A stretch of 64,000 nucleotides of DNA from Octopus vulgaris (lineage: Eukaryota), in NCBI GenBank assembly GCA_951406725.2, contig OX597816.1:181908001-181972000 (forward strand). The letters run 5' to 3'. A model generated the notes under the pieces. The model searched no databases, was not told the origin of the DNA, and saw nothing but the letters and a program-made list of their open reading frames with translations. The translations under genes and the position numbers were made by a program. This document shows, one piece after another, positions 1 through 11,800 of this stretch. Position 1 is the first letter of the stretch, and each line of letters opens with the position of its first letter.

Positions 1-98
1 TAAATTAAACATTGTATCATGAATAGCGATTGCGAAACCGGTCAATACATTAAAAATTATACTATAACCATGTAAGTGTGCATTGATGATGATGATGA

Positions 99-149
<51 letters not shown>

Positions 150-152
<3 letters not shown>

Positions 153-297
153 AGAGTTTACAAAAAAAACAACAAAAGACGAAGACAGGTGATGTACAAA
201 ACAAACAGATGTATTAGCATAACGCTCAGGAATAGAAAAAGTCTTTTACGTTTCAAGCCTACGCTCTTCTACAGAAAGGGACACAGAAAACAGAAAA
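150..297 (-). mobile_element. Short 3'-terminal fragment of a Penelope-like element
   Basis: Similar to 1104-1260 and abuts the (TA)n tract at about 101-149. Confidence 0.75.
243..278 (-). ncRNA. Second copy of the minimal hammerhead-like motif
   Basis: CUUU-CUGUAGA-A-GAGC-GUAG-GCUU-GAAAC-GUA-AAAG. Confidence 0.6.
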
Positions 298-852
298 GTG
301 GTTACTTCATTTCACTTTTATTTACCAGATGAGATGACAGATATTTGTCAAAATCACTGGGAGAGCTTTTATGTGGTCATTTGGCTTGCTAGAAATAGTA
401 ACCAAATCTCCTTCAAATCGCATCCTACAACCTTGAAAGAAGGAAGGACACATTGAAACATGTATTCCTAGAGACTCCTAAATAGACAAGAGATTGGATG
501 ATCCTGATTGAAATCCTTTTGATCTTAAATCTGCTTGATCGTGACTGACCTGCAATTTGTATTTTAAGTAATTGATTTGTCTGCACTTTGAATTGGTGTT
601 TTACAGATACATACTTATATTTTCTTTTTGTTAATAATATGCCAGGCATTTTATTAACTATTGATTCACTTGTTTGGGTAATGTTTGAAAAAAGTTCCTG
701 TCTATGGAATTAATTGTTAGTTTCCTGGGGGTGAAAATGTGCGGAAAAATAAGCACTGGACAACATGCTTTCCTAAAGTATGGTGTGCTCTCACTGACTT
801 TACAGGATGTATATGTATGTGTGTTTGTGTGTATGTATGAATGAATGAATGA

Positions 853-1076
853 GGCGAGATGGCAGAAACGCTAGCACCGGGCGAAATGCTTAGCGGTAAT
901 CCGGCTGTCGTTATGTTCTGAGTTCAAATTCCGCCGAGGTCGGCTTTACCTTTCATCCTTCCAGGGTCGATAAATAAAGTACCAGTTTCGCACTGGGGTT
1001 GATGTAATCGACTTAATCCCTTTATCTGTCCTTGTTTGTCCCCATCTGTGTTTAGCCCCTTGTGGGCAGTAAAGAA
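853..1076 (+). mobile_element. tRNA-derived SINE family A (well preserved copy)
   Basis: GGCGAGxTGGCAGAA...GAGTTCAAATTCCGCCGAGGTCG. A/B-box-like head. Related copies at about 17640-17750(+), 24770-25003(-), 28186-28300(+), 34104-34280(+), 37235-37427(-), 54733-54950(+), 58075-58300(+). Confidence 0.8.
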
Positions 1077-1201
1077 ATATATATATATATATATATATAT
1101 ATAACGGGAAGCTTTATGAAAATAGACAAAAGACGAAGGCAAGTGGAAAACAAACAAACAATTGTATTAGTATGACGCTCAGGAAATATAAATAAAACAA
1201 G

Positions 1202-1239
1202 TCTTTAACGTTTCGAGCCTACGCTCTTCAACAGAAAGA
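1202..1239 (-). ncRNA. Minimal hammerhead-ribozyme-like motif (core variant) in the Penelope-like 3' end
   Basis: Minus-strand RNA UCUUU-CUGUUGA-A-GAGC-GUAG-GCUC-GAAAC-GUU-AAAGA. Stem I is 5 bp, stem II is 4 bp, and palindromic ACGU replaces stem III. Activity is untested. Confidence 0.7.
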
Positions 1240-1401
1240 TACACAGAGAGAGAAAAACACAGAAAGAAGGAGAGAAAAAAAATGCGTGCAGTAACTAACG
1301 AACCAACATGGCGATCTGATTTCGGCCAGAAGTCAAAGATCAAACATGAGACGCGAGAGCGAAATTAGGGGAGATAATAGGGTTGAGTGACCAGCTCCAA
1401 C

Positions 1402-1730
1402 ATAAGGGTGTGTGTGTGTGTGTGTATGAGAGAGTATTAGTGCATATGAGAGGTCTGGACGTGTGTATGTATAGGGTTGGTGTATGTATTAGTATGTATA
1501 AGGTGTGTGTGTGTGTGTATGAGAGAGTATTAGTGCGTATGAGAGGTCTGGACGTGTGTATGTATAGGGTTAGTGTATGTATTAGTATGTATTAGTACGT
1601 ATTAGTATGTATAAGGGTGTGTGTGTGTGTGTATGAGAGAGTATTAGTGCGTATGAGAGGTCTGGACGTGTGTATGTATAGGGTTGGTGTATGTATTAGT
1701 ATGTATTAGTTGGTGTATGTATTAGTATGG
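1402..1730. repeat. Three imperfect ~100-bp tandem repeats in the Penelope-like 3' UTR
   Basis: The block ATAAGG(GT)nATGAGAGAGTATTAGTGC...GAGAGGTCTGGACGTGTGTATGTATAGGGTT occurs three times. Confidence 0.9.
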
Positions 1731-1951
1731 CACATCATATATGATGTGATGTGTAAAGTCGTGTGGTGTAGTGTGGAGAGAGGAGAAGAGGGGAGGGGGA
1801 GGAGGAGAGAGAAGGGGAGTGAGGGAGCAGAGGTAAGGGGAAGGAGGGATGGAGAAAGAGGGAAGAAGGGAAGGGGAGTAGGGGTGAAAGGATGAAGGAC
1901 TGAAGAAGTAGGGGTCGGGGGGAAAGGTAGGTGAGGAGGGGGAGAGGGGGG

Positions 1952-3480
1952 TTAGATGAGGAGGGGGGGAGAGTTGAGACCAAATGGCGTATAAGAGCGA
2001 AGAGAGAAGATTAATTCCTGTTCACGGCGCAAACGGGAATCCGGATGGCCTCTGTGTAAGGACAAACCGAACACAGATAGGTGTTGCAAGGAGTGACCGG
2101 TGGAGCGGAAATGGCGAGAGACCGGTGTGTCGTTCGCAAGGTGGATGTCACGAAGGTGTTCCGCGAACCGGTCAGCCAAGCGGCGTCCCGTTTGTCCGAT
2201 GTACAAGGAATGGCAGAGAGAGCAAGAGACGCAATAGATAATATTGCTGGAGGTGCAGGTGAAGGAGTGGATGATGGGATAGGGTCGATGATGGGTGCTA
2301 GTGAGGAGGGTGGTGTTGGAGAGGTAAGGGCAAGTGCGGTAACGTGGGCGGGAGCAGGGGAACGAGCCGGGTTGGGAGGTAGGGTCAGGGAAGGAGCTAT
2401 GGACCAAAAGGTTTGAAAGAGGGGAGGGGTCGGTTAGGGAAAAGGTGTGAAGTGGACGGGTCGGACTGGAGATGACGGAAAGCTCGAAGAATGGTGCGTT
2501 GGAGAGGTAGGGTCATGGGGTGGTAAGTGAGGGGAAAAGGGAGGCGGGAGACTACAGGGCGGGTTCGGGGAGAGAGAGCAGATACACGGTCCACGGACCA
2601 TGCTCTGGCAAGGGCGGTATGGATAGTGGTGAGGGGGCATCCACGTAGGGTGAAGTGGTGAGCCATACGTTGAGACTGAGTCTCAAAGTCATGGTCGTCA
2701 CTACAGAGCCTACGTAGACGGAGGAATTGGGAATAGGGGATGGAAAGCTTGGTGTGTTCTGGGTGGGAGGAAGAGAAGTTGAGGTATGAGTGTGAGTCTG
2801 TTTGTAGTGAATGGAGGTGGTAAGAGTGGAGTGAAGAATGCTAGCCGAAATGTCGAGGAAGGAGACAGAGGTGTTGGAGATAGTGGAAGTGAAGTGGAGG
2901 GCTGGATGGAAAGATTGGACGAAAGAGAGGAAGGAATCTAGATGTTCACGGGAGAGTGAGGTGGCACCGATAATGTCGTCAATGTAACGACCATATAGTT
3001 CAGGAGTGGGACCAGTGAAATTAGAGAATATTTGGGCCTCAACATAGCCAACGAACAGGTTCGCATAGTTGGGGCCCATTCGCGTTCCCATGGCCACTCC
3101 CGAGACCTGATGGTAGAACTCGCCCGCGATCGAGAAGCAGTTCAAAGTAAGGACAAGTTCGGCCAGACGAATGAGTGTGGAGGTGTCAGGTACAGGGTTG
3201 GAGCGGAGGTCAAGAAAGTGTCGAAGGGCCTGCAGTCCTTCGTGGTGAGGGATAACAGTATAGAGGCTTTGGATGTCCATAGTAAAAAGGATTTTGGAGG
3301 AGCCGGGAGGAAAGGAGAAAGAGTTGAAAAGCCGGAGAGCATGGTTGGTATTGTGGATGTGGGAGGGAAGAGATGCCACTAGGGGGGCAAGGACACGGTC
3401 GAGGTATTTAGAGATGAGCTCCGTGGGGCAGTTACAGGCGGAGACGATGGGGCGGCCAGGGTTTTGGAAGAGAATGCGTG
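1952..3480 (-). pseudogene. Penelope-like RT + GIY-YIG ORF, truncated, two frameshifts
   Basis: RT motifs GRPIVS, MDIQSLYT, GVAMGTRMGPNYANLF, RYIDD, FLDI. Endonuclease NIIYCVSCSLCHSLYIGQTGRRLADRFAEH. Frame changes near 2800 (IHYK/TDSHSYL) and near 2410. Confidence 0.9.
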
Positions 3481-3526
3481 GCATTCAGTCATATAATAAC
3501 ATAAATAATATATATATGCATATGTG

Positions 3527-3817
3527 GGCACAGGACATCACAAAACATGTATAACAAAAAAATACAAAGTACGAGTACATGGAATATGAACTATTTTTGG
3601 GGAGAACGAAACACAAATAGAAAAGAAGACAAACAACATAAAGAATGACCCTTCATCAGTCGTTGGCTGTTTTTCTAGTCTCGTATTTCGAGCATTTAAC
3701 AACAATTGTTTGTCTTGTTTTCCGTTTGTGTCTTTTGTTGTTTGAAAAAATAGTTCATATTCCATGTACTTGTACTTTGTATTTTTTTGTTATACACGTT
3801 TCGTGATGTCCTGTGCC
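3527..3817. mobile_element. Foldback element: 72-bp inverted arms (69/72) around a 147-nt spacer
   Basis: 3527-3598 versus 3746-3817; the three mismatches are all CpG-type transitions. Confidence 0.8.
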
Positions 3818-3886
3818 TAACAGATGCATATATAGATATACATTTAGATATAAGTATGTACATATACATATGTATATATACATATA

Positions 3887-3922
<36 letters not shown>

Positions 3923-5351
3923 TGTATGTATGATGTATGTATGTGTGTGTGGTGTGTATACAGTAATACCTCAGTTTGCGGGGACCCATGTTAATTTCAC
4001 AAGCAGGCTGTTCTGTTGATTGGATCAACTGGAACCCTCGTTGTTGTAACTGATGGAGTGCCAGATATATATATAATTCTGTAAATTTCAAAATAGTGCT
4101 ACATTAGGCGTTATATTTCATCACATTGAAGCTCTGGCTTAATGACTCTCAAATCTGGGAGAAAATTCTGGTCATGTTTAAGTATTATTCAGTGAAGCAG
4201 AAAGAATCTACTGTACCTGTTGAAGTAGTGATGAGAGAATCATTAAGTACATGTATATAATATTTAAGGTTACCAGCCATGAAAACATATTTTAAGACAC
4301 TAGTTTCCAGTAACTTATTGCGGTTAATGAAATCAGTTGTCCTTCTTTGCTCTCCAAATTTTTTACTTGTGTCTATTTCAGACACAAACAAGTATATTAT
4401 AGTCACTTTATAAAAATCTATCTTAGAGGGTTGCCAGGAGAAATAAATGATCTTGATCTGCAAACTAAGATGTGTTTGTTGCCTAATTAAATTTTTTAGG
4501 CATTTCTCTTACCGAAGTTCTTCTGGAAATGTAAATCCAATAATTCTAACTCTATCTTATATCCAGTTTTATTCTTTTCCTTTTATTTTCTATCATTTTT
4601 AACAAAACAGGCTTTTTTTAAAAAAGCATAACAACAAAGTATTGATTTTTGTTTTTTATTTTTGCATTATATTTTTAAAACATCTTAATAATTTTTAGTG
4701 TAAACAACCAAATTTGTTTATTTTATTTTTGTGCTTTTGTGTTCTTTTTTCTACTATCAATTAAAAATCAAATATGCTTATTAGTTTTGTGTTTCAGATG
4801 TTGAAGTTAATATGCATTGCTCAATTTCAGGTTGTTTTTCTTTTTATTGTGTGATGGTTGCAGAGTTTTGTAAACTTTTTTTTATTGAGTAGAAGAAGAT
4901 ATTTTTATTTATTTTTTTAAGGGAACACATTTCTTAACAGACTTTATTACAAACCACTAACTTTTACCCAGTTGTTTCCAGTTATTTCCCTTTATAATTT
5001 TTTAATATCTAGACAATGCGCAGCCTTTATTAAAATAGTCTCCCTCATTTGTGTAATCTATTTTCATTCGTCTTCAACCTATATTTTATTTTCTCTTTCG
5101 TTAACATTCTTTTTCTTTATTAGTCTTATACCTGCTTTTGTTCCCAGTTTTTTTAATGGGATCACATCATCTTTTGTACATAGGTTTTATTTTTATTTAT
5201 TTTTTTCTTCTATCTCTCGGGTTTCTTAATTCTGCTCTCTGTGTACTCTCTTTTTTATATCATTAACAAAGTCTCTCACAAACCACACAGTATATGTAAC
5301 TCAGTCTCTAATGTCTAACCTTAACTTGTGATTGATCTATTTCTATTTCAG

Positions 5352-5567
5352 ATCAGTGTACGAGCAATAGTAACTGTTCATATGGTGCAACTTGTAAAAA
5401 TAATGTCTGTGAGTGTGACATCGAATGTCATGAGAGCCTGTCTTCGGATGGCGAAGTCTGTGCTTCAGATGGCCGAGTTTACAATAGTGAGTGTGAGATG
5501 AGGAGAGAGGGCTGTGAGAAGAATATTGATCTCATTCTTCATGACTATTGTCCTAACCCTACACGAG
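5352..5567 (+). CDS. Exon: complete follistatin module 1 (FOLN + Kazal), phase 1-1
   Basis: tttcag|AT CAG TGT...ACA CGA G|gtaact, 216 nt. Translation (D)[71 protein letters not shown] has 10 Cys and the Kazal motif VCASDGxxYxSEC. Confidence 0.93.
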
Positions 5568-8500
5568 GTAACTTCCAAACTGTTCTCAAAAGAAAAACGC
5601 CCACCCTTTGTAAAGCCTTGCATCACTTGAACTTCATTCCCGTCTCGCGTTTGGTCATTATGCTTCAACTTGCCTTTATTTGATTGCTGGCTTTTCTCCA
5701 TATGCACAAAATCTAGGTTTCACTGAGTAGAACATGAAATGAGCTGCAGATTTTTCTTTTTGAATATTTCCTATTGCTATGTTAATTTTTTTCTCTTTTT
5801 TTTCACTCCATGTTGTTTTGCTGCTGTTCCTTCAACTCGTGAAGTTTGTTATATTTAACTGGGTTGATCTGAAATTTATAGTTTATGTCATAGAGGGTAA
5901 ATGACGGTTAAATATTTGTTGGGTTTAGATACCCAGGTGCTATACACTAGATTACAAAATACATTTTAAATACCTGAAAGCTTATTATGATTAACTCATT
6001 TAATACCAACCTGACTTAGACTTTCATTAGTTCTATGATATAAAACATACCATTTTAAAATGTTTATACTTAAATTTGGTGAAACCTGTCATAATTTTAT
6101 TGAAAATTTTTAAGTTATAAGTTCCAGATTAATAATGAGAAAGAAAAGACCCTGATTTTACTAAATCTGTCCAAAATAATATTATTTTACAAAACTAATT
6201 TAAATATTCATGGTGATGCTCCAGCATGACCACAGTCACATGACTGAAATGTATAAATGGATATGAACGAGTATAGATTGTAAGTTTTATTAGAAATGTA
6301 GTCAGAAAAAAGGATTAATCAACAAAGTAATTAGTATTACTTTAACAAAAATATCTCACTTGTGTGCTGGGGGTCTTCAATGGTGTCTTTGTATTGCAAG
6401 TAGTTAGGACTAATCTAAGGATAGTGATAACTTCCTTTTGCTCCACAGTTGCTTTGAGGAAGGTCCTGGTTGTGCCCTTCTTCCCCTAACTAAACCATTA
6501 AAAAATTCTATCAAAAACTTAAAACTGTTGGTCATCTTACTATAATGAGCATTATGTCCATCTATGTTTCCTCTTCACGGTCAAATGGCTAATCCAATGG
6601 TCATGATGTTTTTTGGCATTACAAAGGAGGTAATCAGGAAAGTTTTTAGTGAAAAAAATGTAAAAAAGTATGATTATTTAGTGGATATTGAGTTTTGTAT
6701 TAATAAATCAACTTTGATTTTTTTTTGCTAAAATTCTGACAACTACGATTAACTCTGGATTCCCCTCCCCACCCCCGTATAGTTCATGAATTTACAGGGG
6801 TTTAGATTTGCGATACTATCCCTTTATTTCCCATTGTAGATGGGTAGATTTACTATCTTACTATAATGGGTGTTATGTTTATCTCTTTGTTCCCTCTTCT
6901 TGACTGGACCAATGGTTAAGATATTTTGGGGGATTACAAAGATGGTCGCCAGGAAGGTTTTCAGCATTAAAAAATCAGAAGGTATGATTATTTTGTGGAT
7001 ATCGGTTTTTGAATTGATAAACGACCATCACATTTTTATTAAAAATACACCAACCATGAGTAACTATGGATTTTCATTGTATAGTTCGTGGTGCCATTAT
7101 AGATACAAAGGGGGTTATGAGGATGGTTAATAGCGAAAATAAATTGGAAAAAGTGTGTGTCAGTATATAGTGTCTGGTTTTCATTAGGAGTGGTCCACAT
7201 AACCATTCATGATGCAGAGGCTGGGAGCCTGTTTCAGTTTCGGAGAGAATCATATCACATGGCACTTAGTCACAAAGACGTCATAGACTGCTGTATCACC
7301 AACAACAATGTGATTTCTTGAAGACATCACCCAGCAATCTATCAAAGTCCATTTACACATTTCTCAATACATACTGCTGTTATAACTCCCCACCCTCATT
7401 TTATGCCTCCATCGTAGATGGGTAGATTTGCTAGTTCAGTAGAAAGTGGAATCTATATAAATTTTAAAGAACTCCTTTACTTTTTAATTTTAAACAAATA
7501 TGTGAGAGTTATATTATCATAGATTTAAAAAGTCTACTTGTGGCACCTGGTACCGGTGAAGTGTCTGCTATTATAGCCTCAAGCGGACCAATGCCTTGTG
7601 GGTGAAATCTTGTTGATGGAAGCCAATACAGATATCTCTGAGTATTGTGTGTGTGTGTGTGTATTAGTATCTGCATATCTTCTCAAAGGCACTACTTTGT
7701 CAGTGACATTATTTGTTTCCAAAACAAAAGATCCAGCTGTAAGGGTTGATGTCAGGAAGGGCATCCAGCCATAGAAAACATCCAACTTTAAATGTTATGT
7801 CTTTGGCAGTGTGAAGAAAGCCGACATAAAAGTGTTGAATTTGATTTGTCTTTAAAAACAGTCTATCTTGTTATGATTTTTGGAACAATGAAATGGGGTG
7901 GTGGAGGTGTTTTTTTTTTTAACCCTGGGTTATTACAATAACCTCTCTAGGGGTTTTGTTTTCAGCCCAAAGTTAATTCTGGTAACTCAAACAGACATAT
8001 GATTGAATGTTTCAGTCTTGACCATCCTGCTTTTAGTATATATATATATATATTAATGGTTGGGTGTCATCTGCTGTTTCTAGCAGGTTCAGCACTCAAA
8101 GGATGGGTGAGGAACCCTTTGCCCACAGTTAAAATTTCACTCACATTGAAATTTGAGAACACCCTCCCCTCCCTGTTGTTAGAGTTCTCTTAAAAACCTA
8201 TACAAAAATATTAGCTTAAGCCTTAACAGCATAACAGTAATTTGATATTAGCCGTATTAACTATTGAATGTGTAAAATTAAAGATTTATTTTTCTCTGTG
8301 TTGTGTCCCTATAAGTGCTTAAGCACTTGCAGTTTGTCCCTTGTTCAAAAAAAGCTTCCCATCCCCTAATTTAAGGTTTCCCTCTCTGTTGATTTCTATC
8401 CCAGCCATTTAGCTCTTAGGTTTTAATTATCATGAGAAATTCAATCAAAAATTAAATTAATCCTAGTAGTTATAATATAAATGTTCTACAATAAGGAAAA

Positions 8501-8809
8501 AAAATAATTTTAATTAATTAGGGTTGTTAAATAGCAGTAAGAATTCCTTATTAGTGTTTTCAAATTTTCTATTGAATTTCATTTTATTTGTATTCCCACC
8601 CCCATTCCTTTCTCCTCGTAACAGAAAGACAAAGAAAGCTAGCCATGTCTCTATGATTATTACCGATGATATTTATAACTGCTGTAGTTGTTTCTGCAAT
8701 AGGGAAAGAAACATGCACTTGGTTCTGTTGTTACTCTGGCATTGCAAATATGTACAGCACAAGGATTGCTGATCAAAGAATTCTTCAACATTGTAGTGAT
8801 AAGTATCAC

Positions 8810-8855
<46 letters not shown>

Positions 8856-11800
8856 TTCTGTCCGGCAGTCGCCATGATAGATCGGTAGCTACTACACACA
8901 TTTTTTTTCTCTTCTTGTTTCTTTCTGTGGAAGAGCATAGGCTTGAAGTGTAAAAGACTTTTTCAATTCCCGAGCGTTATACTAATACATCTGTTTGTTT
9001 TCTACACCACCTGTCTTCATCTTGTTTTTTTTTCGTAAATTCTCCCTATATATATATGTATATACATATATATATTGGAGTGTGATTTAGATTGGCTTGA
9101 GATTTAGGACATAACTTGTAGTTCCTAATTCAGAAGATGACAGAGAAATTATTAAGCAATTTTGGCTGATGCTCTCAACAAGTTCATACAACCAAGTAGT
9201 AGAAAGTCACTTTTTATATTTCCATTTTCCCATAGCTTTTCTTCCACCATTGAATTTTTAGTTTTACCAATTTTTCCCCTCTCCTCTTTCAATCTTGGGC
9301 TTTCTTAATGCTACAATTACGTTAGTATTAATGTAATATATTTGTATTGGCTTGGTTATACCATTGGCACTAGGGCACGGGTACAATTGACTCTCAAGGA
9401 GCTCATTCGCTTTTAACTGATTTAGTTTCTCATCCTATTAGATACCCTCACCCTGTCCTTGTTAGACAAGCTCTGTAGGGGCTAGTTTAGTCATCTGTGA
9501 GCAGGTAATACTGCATTATGTGGTTATTAGTAGCAGGTTTTAATCAGTGTGTGATGGAATTGGTCTTAGTCTGATATAGACTTCTAAGATGTACTCTACT
9601 AAAAAAGTGTAAAAATGACTAGAAACAAAGCCCAAAAACACTAATTCTTGGATCAGATTGTCCAGGTGTTGGCTTTGATGAATGTGTTGATTGTATTTGA
9701 ATGTTTTTCTCTTTGTAAGTGTAGTGACTCTCTGCATTCTGTAATGTATATAGGAAAGGGAAATATCAGGTAACTTACTGTCAGGTTTGTTTCATTGTTT
9801 ATGAACCTGTGTATTGTAATGTCTGGTATTAGCGTGAGAGAAATAAACATTGGGCATGATTTTGAGACAGTTAAATATTGTTGGCTAACCAATAGGGATC
9901 TATTTATTTGTGTAAGCGGACTAAATGTAAGCACCATCATACAGTTATGGGTCAATGTCAGTTCTCTGCATAAAACTAATTTTAGGGTAAGCTACCATCT
10001 TCTGCTATACAGCAGTGATTTCAGTGACCAGTTCCTATCAGAGCCATATTCAATGTAAGCTTCCATTATAGAGACATGATTCAAGTTTTGTTAGTGTTCG
10101 AATTCCAAATATCTGTAGTTACATTAAATTATTTTAAGGACCGTGAGCTTAGTGTTTGGTCATTGCAGTAATTACTTGTTGGTTCTTACTACCTCTGCCT
10201 CACTTTAGCTTTTGTTGGTCAATCTAGGAGCTGTTCTCTCAGTTAGAGCTTATAATCTATGTCTTCAGTGGTAATTAAAAATTGGTGGTATTAACATGAG
10301 CAAGCTAAGTTTCATCGGAAAAATTAGAACTGGATATGCACCACATTGGATAGTAATTTTCCAGATTTGTTGTTCTTTGAAATCAACTGCTGAGCTAGTA
10401 AATATACTAATTAAAACAAGTAACTGATTTAATTATTTTCATTTCAATATTTTCCTCACTATATATATATATAGCATGTGTTCTTTCCACTCCTAGTTGT
10501 CTTTAATTATATGGTTTTGTTCATATTGAAGTTCCTGGTCTGAAACCTTTCTTAGATGTCACTATTCACTTGTTTATCATGTTGTGTACATCTGCCTATA
10601 ACTATAACAGCAACAACAGTTAGTACTTCTGTAAAAAAGTTATATATTGATAATCCTATGGTAGCTTATTTTTAATTTCCATTTTGTTTTGAAACTGAAT
10701 GTAGGAAGGAATATTAAGTATGGTGTGGCATTCTTCTCTCTGTTGATTGTTTGCGTATTAATCCATCAAGAAATGCTTATTGATTTTAGAAAGTTCAATA
10801 CCTATTGGTCTTCCTCTTCACCAAACTGATCGGTTTGTATTGCTGTTAATAAAATTGGTATTTTTCTTTGCTACATTACTGAACTGTTTGATTTATTTAG
10901 AGAAAACAGATTGGTTATAATGGACAGGAACTGTCAAATTTGGTAGTTTTCTTTTGGAGAATATCTGATTAGAGAAAAGATGTTCGCTAGATGGCATATC
11001 AGTGCATCTCTATTGTCATTAAATTGAACAGCAAATAAAAATCCTATTATTTTCAGTTAAGCTGTTATTTTCTATTTTACTAATCAATTGATTTCAGTTG
11101 CAGGTTCAGTTTCTTGACAATACTTGCTGAGGATAATCTTGTCTTTCTTAGGTTCTTGTTACGGAGCAATTTTCACATTTTGTTTTTTTCTTTTATTCAA
11201 TTTGGTAAATAATCAATATAGAAATTTGAACTGGCACCCAAGGCTATTCTTCAAAGTCAGTTCAACAAAGAAATCACAAGGAACAGCCCAAAGAAATATT
11301 TATTGGGGAAAATTAATCTTTTTGATTTAATGCGCTGAAGCAAAATGTATTTTAAAATTAAACTTGACGCTTAAAGAAAAAATAATTTTTGCCAGTTTTA
11401 GCATAGTTCTAGCTATTTATTTCTTGCTTGCTAAATATATTTTTCCTTTTTATTTTATTTTTTTTTATCACTTCAATTACTTCCATATTTAAAATTGAAG
11501 CTTTTATAAAAAGGTCTCCCCTTATTGTCTCCGTTGCCAATATGCAGTCTCCACCACAGGTTCCTATTTCACAGCTTTTGTTCGCTTTTCAGAAAAACCT
11601 AAGATGCAGGGTTTTACAATTTTAAATTGCTAAAGATGCTTTTCCATTTAGTTGTCTTCATTATGTATTGTTTTAGCCAACTTTAATGCAATTCAGCATG
11701 GAATGTCGAAACATCAATTTTATTAACTCAAACTGAATTATCTGGCCAACTAGACTGGTCACTTATGTATTTGAGTCAGCCAAGTAGATAGTATGCATGT

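Larger units (their letters stand above)
1104..3480 (-). mobile_element. Penelope-like retroelement (Neptune-type), 5'-truncated
   Basis: RT followed by a Zn-finger-like linker (FPCSRPRYRTC) and a GIY-YIG endonuclease, then a 3' UTR with tandem repeats and a hammerhead-like motif that ends at a (TA)n tract. Confidence 0.9.

Noticed and set aside
853-960. tRNA genes at SINE heads (A/B-box-like motifs)
   Set aside because: No complete cloverleaf, and each continues into a repeated SINE body.
1984-3554. Plus-strand ORFs over the Penelope-like element
   Set aside because: Antisense shadows of the RT/endonuclease frame with no recognisable domains.
3645-3695. Complete type II hammerhead ribozyme in the foldback spacer
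   Set aside because: A stem II can be drawn but stems I and III cannot, so it is reported only as half-motifs.
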